Shown here one piece after another: positions 27,945-36,446 of a DNA stretch of 64,000 nucleotides. Under the pieces are notes generated by a model, which did no database searches, was not told where the DNA came from, and saw only the letters and a list, made by a program, of their open reading frames with translations. This stretch comes from Salinivirgaceae bacterium (lineage in GTDB: Bacteria > Bacteroidota > Bacteroidia > Bacteroidales > SZUA-534). Where the stretch lies: the NCBI GenBank assembly GCA_041664345.1, contig JBAYKX010000001.1, positions 42,925 to 106,924 of the forward strand. Reading direction: 5' to 3'. A program made the translations under genes and the position numbers. Numbering within the stretch: position 1 is the stretch's first letter; every line of letters begins with the position of its first letter.

Positions 27945-28124
27945 GTTATCGTTTGCACTTGAAATACTTAGGGAAACGGAACTATTTGTATTCAAATTTG
28001 TTAATTCAACAGTAAAAAACGTTTTTTTGTTTAAATACTTAATAAGAGATGTAATACGGGCAAAAAATCAATTATTTTTGCACCACTTTTTTGAGACAGT
28101 AAACAATGTAAAATATTTCAAAAC

Positions 28125-29654
28125 ATGACACATAAAAAAGCAATTTTAATGATTCTCGACGGTTGGGGAATTGGCGACAAATCAAAGTCGGACGTAATTG
28201 CAACCGTGGGAGCACCCAATATTGAAGGGCTTACAGCCAAATATCCACATGCGCAATTGTTAACCAGTGGCGAAGACGTGGGCTTGCCCGACGGACAAAT
28301 GGGAAACAGCGAGGTAGGCCACCTGAATATTGGAGCCGGAAGGGTTTTGTATCAAGATTTGGTAAAAATAAATCTTGCCATCCGCAATAAATCTATCGAG
28401 AAAAACGAAACCATTGTTGAGGCATTCAATTATGCCAAGACGAATAATAAAGCCGTTCATTTTATTGGGCTAATTGGCCCCGGCGGTGTTCATGCCATGA
28501 GCGAGCATTTGCTTGCTTTGACTGACATGACTGCGAACTTCAACCTTGACCGGGTATTTGTTCATGCATTAACCGATGGCCGCGATACCGACCCAAGAAG
28601 CGGATTGGGATTCATGAAAGTGGTAGTGGAACATCTCAAAGGAACCAAAGTAAAAATGGCTTCCTTAATTGGCCGCTATTATACCATGGATCGTGATAAA
28701 CGTTGGGATCGCATAAAACAGGGCTACGATTTAATGGTTTCGGGAACAGGAAAACATGCCACCGATGTCCTAAAAGCCATGGAAGAGTCGTATGCCGAAG
28801 GATTAACCGATGAATTTGTGAAACCTACTGTTTTTGTGGATGCCAACAACAAACCCGTTGGAACCATCCAAGAAGGCGATGTGGTTTTTTGCTACAATTA
28901 CCGGACCGACCGTTTGCGCCAGATAACAACGGTACTTACCCAAAAGGATATGCCCGAATTTGGGATGAAAACCTTACCCTTGTATTACGTTACAATGACC
29001 ACCTACGATGAAAACTTTAAAGGCATTAAGGTGGCTTTTACCAAAGATAACGTATTAAATACCATTGGCGAAACCATTTCAAAAGCTGGATTGAAACAAA
29101 TACGCATTGCCGAAACCGAAAAATATGCCCATGTTACCTTTTTTATGAACGGTGGCCGTGAAGATGAATTCAATGGTGAAAAACGGATTTTAATTAACTC
29201 CCCAAAAGTAGCCACTTACGATTTACAACCAGAGATGAGCGCCTTTGAAGTAAAAGATGCCATTGTAGCGGAACTGAATAAAGGGGAGGTTGATTTTGTG
29301 GTCTTGAATTTTGCCAACGGCGATATGGTTGGCCATACCGGTTTTTACGAAGCCATCAGTAAAGCGGTTAAAACCGTGGATCAGTGCGTGGGCGAAGTAG
29401 TGACGGCTGCCCGCAACCATGGCTATGAGGTGGTAATTATTGCCGACCACGGAAACGCCGACATGGCTGTTAACGAAGACGGTTCGCCTAACACGGCGCA
29501 CTCCTTAAATCCCGTTCCTATTATTGTGGTCTCCGATGCCATAAAATCGGTTGAAAACGGCATTCTGGCCGATGTGGCTCCAACCATCTTAACTTTGATG
29601 GGATTGCTAATACCGTACGACATGACCGGTAAAGTACTGGTGAAGATGAAGTAG
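28125..29654 (+). CDS. gpmI: 2,3-bisphosphoglycerate-independent phosphoglycerate mutase
   Basis: 509-aa ORF with iPGM hallmarks: [27 protein letters not shown] and ADHGNA. A TATTTTTG box (28073-28080) upstream fits the Bacteroidota -7 consensus TAnnTTTG. Confidence 0.95.
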   Translation: MTHKKAILMILDGWGIGDKSKSDVIATVGAPNIEGLTAKYPHAQLLTSGEDVGLPDGQMGNSEVGHLNIGAGRVLYQDLVKINLAIRNKSIEKNETIVEAFNYAKTNNKAVHFIGLIGPGGVHAMSEHLLALTDMTANFNLDRVFVHALTDGRDTDPRSGLGFMKVVVEHLKGTKVKMASLIGRYYTMDRDKRWDRIKQGYDLMVSGTGKHATDVLKAMEESYAEGLTDEFVKPTVFVDANNKPVGTIQEGDVVFCYNYRTDRLRQITTVLTQKDMPEFGMKTLPLYYVTMTTYDENFKGIKVAFTKDNVLNTIGETISKAGLKQIRIAETEKYAHVTFFMNGGREDEFNGEKRILINSPKVATYDLQPEMSAFEVKDAIVAELNKGEVDFVVLNFANGDMVGHTGFYEAISKAVKTVDQCVGEVVTAARNHGYEVVIIADHGNADMAVNEDGSPNTAHSLNPVPIIVVSDAIKSVENGILADVAPTILTLMGLLIPYDMTGKVLVKMK

Positions 29655-29675
29655 TTTTACAGACATTATAAGGAA

Positions 29676-29701
29676 AACCCCAGCTAAAACTGGGGTTTTT
29701 G
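29676..29701 (+). terminator. Rho-independent terminator of gpmI
   Basis: AACCCCAG-ctaaaa-CTGGGGTT followed by a T run, about 20 nt after the stop. Confidence 0.75.
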
Positions 29702-29863
29702 CTTATTTAAAAAAAAGTTTGATGCTGCCTAGGTACTGTAGAATTAAGCGACATGAGGAAAATTAATTTATAATTGCAAATCGATGACTTTTAGTTAAGG
29801 TTTATGAATGTTATATGAGTCGTAAAGAAACTGGGAATATGAAAAGGGTTTCAAGGTTACAGG

Positions 29864-29926
29864 TTTCTATTTTCTATTTTCTAAACTCTTATCTCACATC
29901 TTCTGTCTCACATCTCATATCCTAAC
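29864..29926. repeat. Degenerate heptamer tandem array (9 units, TCTNNNN type)
   Basis: TTTCTAT TTTCTAT TTTCTAA ACTCTTA TCTCACA TCTTCTG TCTCACA TCTCATA TCCTAAC, in the gpmI / SNF2 intergenic region. Confidence 0.7.
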
Positions 29927-30031
29927 ACTAGAATATTCTTTCGGCTAGCAAAACGACATTGAATTCCAAATCCGTAAACTGTGTTTTAGTTTCAATTCCA
30001 TTTTACTAATTTGCACCCAAAATAATTTATT

Positions 30032-33000
30032 ATGCCTTCTGCCGAAAACACTCCCGTTTACATTAAAAAATACATTGCTTTTTATGCTGATAACCAGATA
30101 GTACAAAGGGGTAAAGATATATTACAGAGCAAAGCGGTAAATTTTGTTGAATATGTTGACAAAACCGATAGCTGGCACTTTACCGTACAGGGAACTTCCC
30201 GTTATACGGTAAAAGTTTCGGGAGTAAAGAACCACGATATGGAATGTTCCTGCACCTGCCCTTACGATTGGGGTAAAATATGCAAACATACTGTAGCATC
30301 GTTGCTCTATATTTCCGACAGTTTTAATAAAGCATTGCTGCCTTCATCATCTCAATATGCCCATAAGCCAATTGCTTACCGTGGTGGCCAAAATTCGCGG
30401 TATCAAATAACCGAATACAAGATTATTACCCGGAAATGGGTTGAACTCAATTCCGATACCCGCATTTTTAATCAAGCGCAATATTATAACTATGGCTACG
30501 GCATTTCGGGTTTTGAGGTCTCAAAAAACAAGGTGGTTTTCAATTTGTCGGGTTCGCTCAATGGCAATGTTTGTTTTGAGTTTGAAAACGGTTCGGTTTA
30601 TACCTCATCGGAAGGTACTGAAAAAACGGCTAAACTTCGGCAAAACGAAATATACTGTTTGCTCCAAATTGCAAAATCGGCCACTCCCGATTTGTTCGAT
30701 ATTGTTTTTAGCCCACGGCTCAATGATTATAACCAAACCATCCTTAAAAAATACGGTTTCCCGGAATCGTATCCTTTCGAAAACCATTTTGAGCTAGGAT
30801 TCGATCCTGGTGTGGGGATATTTGCAAAATTCAAAAATGAATCTTATGGGTTAATTCCTATCGAGAAACAAGATTCAAATGAATTGCTGGGGTTCATTAA
30901 TCAATCGCAAAAAACCACACCACTACCAAACTCAATTTTTAAACAAAAAGAAGCCCGCAGCCTGGGTTTTGTATTAAAAAAAAATTGGTGGAAAAACGGA
31001 TTCTCTAATGTTGATAATTCCTATGAGGATGAAGATTTTGACGAAGACTTTGACGATGATTATGAAAACGACGAAGATGATTCGGCCAACCCAATTGGAA
31101 ATTCCGCAAATTCGCTGAATGAACCAAAAGGATTACTGGAACTGGTTCCCATTATTGGTAAACCGAATAAAGCGTGTATTGAATTGGCCAGCCATATTGA
31201 GGAATATTATCCGCAACATGGGCATAATTACCAAATAACAATTTCCGATAGCGCCAACGAATTGCTTAAATTGGCAGACGAATTAACCTACATTAAGCAA
31301 CCCAACGAGGCCCTGCAACACAAAAAAAGAATGATGGAGCTGTTGGTAGATCAGCCACTTGTGTATGCGCATACCGTTCCTGTCCACCAGATTAAAAAGG
31401 GAAACCTGCAAAAGTTCAATTTATCGGCAGAACCTGCTGAAATACAGTTCAATGTAATTGAAGACAACGACCTGATTAAGGCCGATTGCCAATTTAAAAT
31501 CAATAATTCGTTTTACGATTTGAATAAATTCGACAGAAACAATTCCGATTCCCATTTTTTGCTGATAAACAAAACATATCACCTGGTAAAAGACAGCCTC
31601 ACCAGCCAGTATATTTATAATCTGCCTGTAAGCCTAAAAATGGTGAAATCCCACAAAAAAGAGTTTTTGGATAGCGTAATCATCCCAATTTCAAAACACT
31701 TTGACGTGGAATTTCAAAACGAGCTGTTCCAAACAGAAACCATTGAACTCGATTTTCACAAAAAGCAGGTTTTTTTATCGGAAGTTAACGAATTTGTGAT
31801 AATTACCCCTCAGGTTGTTTACGACAACGGGGTGGAAGCTACGCTTCACCAAACCGGAAATATAATTGCCCAGCAACCCGACAAGATTCTGATTTACAAA
31901 CGAAACCTGGAATTGGAAGACGATTTTGTGGCACAATTGGCCGACATGCACCCTAAGTTCGCCGATCAAAGCAACAACCGGATATTTTATTTGCATTATA
32001 CCGATTTTACCACCAACATGTGGTTTTACAAGTTTTTTGACCAATTGCAGGCAAACCACATTGAAGTATTTGGTTTAAAGGAACTTAAAAATTTTAAATA
32101 TTCACCCTATAAAGGAAAAATAAGCACTTCAATTAAATCGGGACAAGATTGGTTCGAAGTGTCGGTGCAAATAAGTTTTGGCGACAATACGGTCAGCCTT
32201 GCCGATATTAAAAAAGCCGTTATCAACAAACAACGGTACATTCAGCTAAAAGACGGATCGGTAGGTATTTTGCCATCGGAATGGTTCCACAAATTGGAAA
32301 AATATTTCCGTAACGGTGAGATAAAAAAGGACAAACTGAATATTTCAAAACTCCGTTTCTCAATAATTGATGAGCTTTTTGATGAGCTTAACGAAAACGA
32401 AATATTTGCCGAACTGCATGATAAAAAGAAGCGCCTGGAAACCTTTACCGAAATTTCGTCCACTAAAATCCCAAAAGAAATATCGGCTCATTTGCGCGAT
32501 TATCAAAAAGAGGTGCTCAACTGGCTCAATTTTTTGGATTCCATGCAATGGGGCGGTATTTTGGCCGATGACATGGGATTGGGGAAAACCTTGCAGATAA
32601 TCACTTTTATACAGCATACGGTAAACCAAAAACATTCCACTCAATTGGTGGTGGTGCCTACCACGCTGCTTTTTAACTGGGAAAACGAGTTGCGTAAATT
32701 TGCACCCAAACTTAAAGCCCATTATCATTATGGACCTGACCGCAATCAATATACCGAACTGTTTGGTGAGCACCATATTGTATTTACTACATACGGAATA
32801 TTGCTGCGCGACATTGAATTTATAAGCAAATTTACTTTCAACTATGTGTTTTTGGATGAATCGCAGGCCATAAAAAACCCGGCCTCGCGTCGTTACAAAG
32901 CCGCTAACCTTATTAGCGCCAAAAACCGGGTGGCATTAACCGGAACACCAATTGAGAACAGCACGTTCGACCTTTTTGCCCAAATGAATTTTGTGAACCG

Positions 33001-33877
33001 GGGAATATTTGGCAGTCCACAGGTTTTTAAGGAGAGTTATTCAAACCCTATCGACAAAGAGGGGAACGAAGCTATTGCCAGCGAACTGCACCGGCTTACA
33101 CATCCTTTTATATTACGGCGCACCAAAGAGCATGTGGCTAAAGAGCTTCCGCCTAAAACCGAGGACATTATTTATTGCGAAATGGAACCAGAACAGCGCA
33201 AAGTTTACGATGCCTACCGGAACAATTACAGGAATAAACTGCTCAACAAAATTGAAGGCGAAGGGCTCGAAAAATCGAAACTTATGGTGCTTGAAGCCCT
33301 CACCAGGCTTCGCCAGATTTGCGATTCACCAGTTTTATTGAACGATGAATCAATTCCAGAAAAACAATCGGTAAAAGTAAAAGAGATTATCCGCCATATA
33401 ACCGAAAAAACCGCCAATCTCAAGATTCTGGTGTTTTCGCAGTTTGTTAAAATGCTTACTATTGTTAAAGATGAACTGCTGAACCTTAACATCCCATTTG
33501 AGTACCTCGATGGCCAGTGCAACAATATACAACGGGAAAAAGCGGTTACCAATTTTCAGGAAAATGAAGGATTACGGGTGTTTTTAATTAGCCTACGGGC
33601 GGGCGGTACGGGCCTTAACCTTACCGCAGCCGACTATGTGTATCTGCTCGACCCATGGTGGAACCCGGCAGTGGAAAACCAAGCCATCGACCGTTGCTAC
33701 CGTATTGGACAAGACAAAAAAGTATTTGCCTACCGCTTGATTTGCAAAGACACCGTTGAGGAAAAAATTATGAACCTACAGAGCAAGAAGCTTAAAATTG
33801 CCACCGACATCATACAAACCGACAAAAACATTATGAAAACCATTGATGTCAATGATATTAAGGAACTGTTTTCGTAA
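30032..33877 (+). CDS. SNF2-family helicase with N-terminal SWIM zinc finger
   Basis: 1281-aa ORF. It has a SWIM CxCxnCxH motif (ECSCTCPYDWGKICKHT). SNF2 motifs are present: LADDMGLGKT (I), LDESQAIKN (II), LTGTPIEN (III) and LRAGGTGLNLTAADYVYLLDPWWNPAVENQAIDRCYRIGQ (V-VI). Confidence 0.85.
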   Translation: MPSAENTPVYIKKYIAFYADNQIVQRGKDILQSKAVNFVEYVDKTDSWHFTVQGTSRYTVKVSGVKNHDMECSCTCPYDWGKICKHTVASLLYISDSFNKALLPSSSQYAHKPIAYRGGQNSRYQITEYKIITRKWVELNSDTRIFNQAQYYNYGYGISGFEVSKNKVVFNLSGSLNGNVCFEFENGSVYTSSEGTEKTAKLRQNEIYCLLQIAKSATPDLFDIVFSPRLNDYNQTILKKYGFPESYPFENHFELGFDPGVGIFAKFKNESYGLIPIEKQDSNELLGFINQSQKTTPLPNSIFKQKEARSLGFVLKKNWWKNGFSNVDNSYEDEDFDEDFDDDYENDEDDSANPIGNSANSLNEPKGLLELVPIIGKPNKACIELASHIEEYYPQHGHNYQITISDSANELLKLADELTYIKQPNEALQHKKRMMELLVDQPLVYAHTVPVHQIKKGNLQKFNLSAEPAEIQFNVIEDNDLIKADCQFKINNSFYDLNKFDRNNSDSHFLLINKTYHLVKDSLTSQYIYNLPVSLKMVKSHKKEFLDSVIIPISKHFDVEFQNELFQTETIELDFHKKQVFLSEVNEFVIITPQVVYDNGVEATLHQTGNIIAQQPDKILIYKRNLELEDDFVAQLADMHPKFADQSNNRIFYLHYTDFTTNMWFYKFFDQLQANHIEVFGLKELKNFKYSPYKGKISTSIKSGQDWFEVSVQISFGDNTVSLADIKKAVINKQRYIQLKDGSVGILPSEWFHKLEKYFRNGEIKKDKLNISKLRFSIIDELFDELNENEIFAELHDKKKRLETFTEISSTKIPKEISAHLRDYQKEVLNWLNFLDSMQWGGILADDMGLGKTLQIITFIQHTVNQKHSTQLVVVPTTLLFNWENELRKFAPKLKAHYHYGPDRNQYTELFGEHHIVFTTYGILLRDIEFISKFTFNYVFLDESQAIKNPASRRYKAANLISAKNRVALTGTPIENSTFDLFAQMNFVNRGIFGSPQVFKESYSNPIDKEGNEAIASELHRLTHPFILRRTKEHVAKELPPKTEDIIYCEMEPEQRKVYDAYRNNYRNKLLNKIEGEGLEKSKLMVLEALTRLRQICDSPVLLNDESIPEKQSVKVKEIIRHITEKTANLKILVFSQFVKMLTIVKDELLNLNIPFEYLDGQCNNIQREKAVTNFQENEGLRVFLISLRAGGTGLNLTAADYVYLLDPWWNPAVENQAIDRCYRIGQDKKVFAYRLICKDTVEEKIMNLQSKKLKIATDIIQTDKNIMKTIDVNDIKELFS

Positions 33878-33879
33878 AC

Positions 33880-34623
33880 CTAAAACCTTTCCCCAATCCC
33901 CTCTTTTCCCGAACTGACCAAAAGCTTGCCAAACAAGGCGGCTTCGTGGGCATATCGGGTATTCACATCAGCCGTGTGGTTCAGTTGCAGCATTTTTTTT
34001 GTGGCTTTCACCGCTTGGCTATTCAGTTTGCCAAAATAGGATTCCATGGAAGAAATAGTCGCATCAAGGGTACCTTCGGGAATCAACCGTTGTACCAACC
34101 CTTGCTGAAGCGCCAAATCAGTGGGAATGTTTTCGCCCGTCAGTAGATAATACGCCGCTTGGCTATAACCTATTTGAATGGGAAGCTTCACCGTTCCCCC
34201 TGCTCCGGGGATAATGCCGTATTGCAGTTCAGGCAATCCCAGTTTTGCGGTTTCGGTTGCTATCCGCACATCGCAATGCAACGCCAGTTCCAGTCCACCG
34301 CCCAAACAAACACCGGAAATAAATGCCAACGTAGGAACCTCAACCGTTTGTAAAAGCCGAAAGGTATCGTGGATAAAGTGGCTCCGGCGTTCGGCCTCCT
34401 CTTGTGTCAATAGTTTCATCTCTTTTAAATCGCCCCCGGCGCTGAAAGCTTTTTCGGAACCGTAAACAAATAGGGCATTCACCGCATTAACTTCAATAGC
34501 CGAAATAGCATGATTCAGTTCTTCTACCATTTGAAAGCAGATAGCATTTAGCTTATTAGGTCTGTTTAACTGGATGTGTGCCACTCCTTGGCTGCTGAAC
34601 GATTTTATGTATTGGTACTCCAT
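33880..34623 (-). CDS. Enoyl-CoA hydratase/isomerase (crotonase) family protein
   Basis: Start placed at MEYQYIKSF. Crotonase signatures are present: LNRPNKLNA, FSAGGDLKE and ISGVCLGGGLELALHCDVRIA. Confidence 0.8.
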   Translation of the reverse strand: MEYQYIKSFSSQGVAHIQLNRPNKLNAICFQMVEELNHAISAIEVNAVNALFVYGSEKAFSAGGDLKEMKLLTQEEAERRSHFIHDTFRLLQTVEVPTLAFISGVCLGGGLELALHCDVRIATETAKLGLPELQYGIIPGAGGTVKLPIQIGYSQAAYYLLTGENIPTDLALQQGLVQRLIPEGTLDATISSMESYFGKLNSQAVKATKKMLQLNHTADVNTRYAHEAALFGKLLVSSGKEGIGERF

Positions 34624-34709
34624 AATCTCAGGTAAATGAAGGGTTAAATCTACAAAAAATACCCATGTTTTAATTGCACCGTACCAAAATTCGAATTTAA
34701 TTGCTTGCA

Positions 34710-34789
34710 AGTCACGGCGTGACTAATTGATTAAAAGTCACTTATTAAAGTCGATTAGGTAATTATTATTAAAGAGTCACACCGTGACT
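34710..34789. promoter_or_regulatory. Two AGTCAC-N3-GTGACT palindromic boxes in a divergent promoter region
   Basis: AGTCACGGCGTGACT (34710-34724) and AGTCACACCGTGACT (34775-34789) lie 65 bp apart centre to centre. An extra AGTCAC half-site sits near 34735. The region lies between the crotonase gene (-) and the DsrE-like gene (+). Confidence 0.45.
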
Positions 34790-34892
34790 ATTAGTAGGGT
34801 GATATAGAAACTTAAAACTCAGCCTCAAGAATTAACATCTTTCGGAAAATAGTTATTAGATTCGCATACTAAACATAAATAACAAATCGGAA

Positions 34893-35240
34893 ATGAAAAA
34901 AAACGAAAATACCCTCATACAAGTGAACCAATTTGGCATGGGCCAAGGCAACGATGAATTGGGACTTAAACTAATTGGCAACTATTTCAAAATTTTGGTA
35001 GAAGACAATCACCTTCCCCGTTTCATTGCATTTTACAACAGCGGGGTAAAGATTATCTGCAAAGGCTCACCTATTATTGAAGTACTCAAAACGATTGAAT
35101 CAATGGGAGTAAAACTGTTGGCTTGCAAAACCTGTCTCGATTTTTATGAATTAACCGACAAAATTGAAGTAGGTGTGGCCGGTACCATGCATGATATTGT
35201 TTTGCTACAGGCCAATGCCGATAAGGTGATTACGTTGTAG
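34893..35240 (+). CDS. DsrE/DsrF-like (sulfur-relay fold) family protein
   Basis: 115-aa ORF. The pattern ...FYNSGVKI...GVKLLACKTCLDFY...GTMHDIVLLQANADKVITL resembles DsrE/YedF-C-terminal-like small proteins. The assignment is tentative. Confidence 0.5.
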   Translation: MKKNENTLIQVNQFGMGQGNDELGLKLIGNYFKILVEDNHLPRFIAFYNSGVKIICKGSPIIEVLKTIESMGVKLLACKTCLDFYELTDKIEVGVAGTMHDIVLLQANADKVITL

Positions 35241-35262
35241 TTTGATTTATTAGCTTCTGGGT

Positions 35263-35567
35263 GCTGGATACTGGATACTGGTTGCTGGATGCTTGTAGCT
35301 GGTTACTCGTTAAATGGTTCAAATCTCTAATTTCTAATTTCTTGTCTTTGGTTTATGTACTTCTTACTTCTCCATATTGCGGTGCATGTACATTGCCATT
35401 TCATTGCAACCTCGTTTGATGCACCGCTTTAATTATACCCTATTCTACCAAGGGCTCCCGATAGCTATCGGGACTTGGCTTCGTTCTTACGCCCCGTTGG
35501 GGCTTCACCAGCATCTAACTTCCGTCTTCCAACTTCGGTCTTCGGTCTTCCAACTTCTAATCTTTAG
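35263..35567. repeat. Composite repeat element, copy B
   Basis: The left array is 7 GCTGGAT-type heptamers (35263-35311), followed by CT-rich heptamers. The core is 35363-35505: stem TGCGGTGCAT/ATGCACCGC; hairpin 2 CCAAG...CTTGG, extended by the 18-nt palindrome TCCCGATAGCTATCGGGA; and hairpin 3 GCCCC-gtt-GGGGC. The right array is 8 CTTCCAA-type heptamers (35512-35567). Further TCTAA-type units run into the plsC stop. Confidence 0.8.
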
Positions 35568-35631
35568 TATGGCTGCTGGTTGATGAGTTCTACTATCTAA
35601 AATCTAATCTCTATTTTCTAAATTCTAAACT

Positions 35632-36372
35632 CTAATTTCTCACTTCTAATTGTTTTTGAATTGAGCTCTTTACCTCAACCAACAACTCCTCGTCACTTTT
35701 ACCAATGCGTTCCACCGGTTGAAGAGCCGTATAAGTAAGCCATAACCCAATATTCAATGGAAACTGTCCCCATTTATGCAGTTTATAGTTACCATCAATC
35801 ACCAAAGGTACTACTAGAGCCGATGGCGCTGCTTTCAACAAGGTTTTGAAACCTGCCAATTGGAATTCCTTCAATTGCCCGGTTTTACTGCGGGTGCCTT
35901 CCGGAAAAATGCACACGCTCCAGTTCCGCTCTTCCATGTTTTTGCCCAGTTTCAATATTTCGCGTATCGACTGCGATCCATTGTGCCTATCAATAAGGAC
36001 TGAGCCTCCTTTGCGCAAATTATAGGAAATGCTGGGCAGGTTTTTACCCAATTCCTTTTTCGATATAAACTTGGTATGATGCTTCCGGAAACCCCAAACC
36101 ACCGGCGAAATATCGTACATGCTTTGATGGTTCGACACAATGATCAAAGGTTGATTTTTTGGCAATTCATTAAATCCGTAAAACGACGGACGGCAAAGCA
36201 ATGTGTAAAGGTTTTGTACCAAAAGGAAGTTTAATAGGTCAACGGCTCGTTTATGGGCCGAATAGCCAAAAACCGTGTAAGCCACTACCTGAATGGGATG
36301 AAAAATTCCCAATAAGGTAAACATCAGGAAAAAATGGATAACCGAAAAAGGGAAGGCCAAGACTTTGCGCAT
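35632..36372 (-). CDS. plsC: 1-acyl-sn-glycerol-3-phosphate acyltransferase
   Basis: Start placed at MRKVLAFPF. It has acyltransferase motif I NHQSMYDI (HX4D) and motif III FPEGTRS. Confidence 0.8.
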   Translation of the reverse strand: MRKVLAFPFSVIHFFLMFTLLGIFHPIQVVAYTVFGYSAHKRAVDLLNFLLVQNLYTLLCRPSFYGFNELPKNQPLIIVSNHQSMYDISPVVWGFRKHHTKFISKKELGKNLPSISYNLRKGGSVLIDRHNGSQSIREILKLGKNMEERNWSVCIFPEGTRSKTGQLKEFQLAGFKTLLKAAPSALVVPLVIDGNYKLHKWGQFPLNIGLWLTYTALQPVERIGKSDEELLVEVKSSIQKQLEVRN

Positions 36373-36391
36373 AACTTGCTGATTTAGGAAT

Positions 36392-36421
36392 AAAAAAAGG
36401 GGGCTAGCACTCCCCCTTTTT
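36392..36421 (-). terminator. Bidirectional-type terminator hairpin after nrdJ
   Basis: AGGGGG-ctagcact-CCCCCT, flanked by an A run on the left and a T run on the right. On the minus strand it follows the nrdJ stop by about 25 nt. Confidence 0.7.
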
Positions 36422-36446
36422 ATAGCGATTAAAATATACTGGTAGC

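Noticed and set aside
13949-35650. Possibility that the short tandem arrays are CRISPR arrays.
   Set aside because: The units are 7-8 nt, contiguous and degenerate, with no unique spacers of about 30 nt. No cas genes are in the window.
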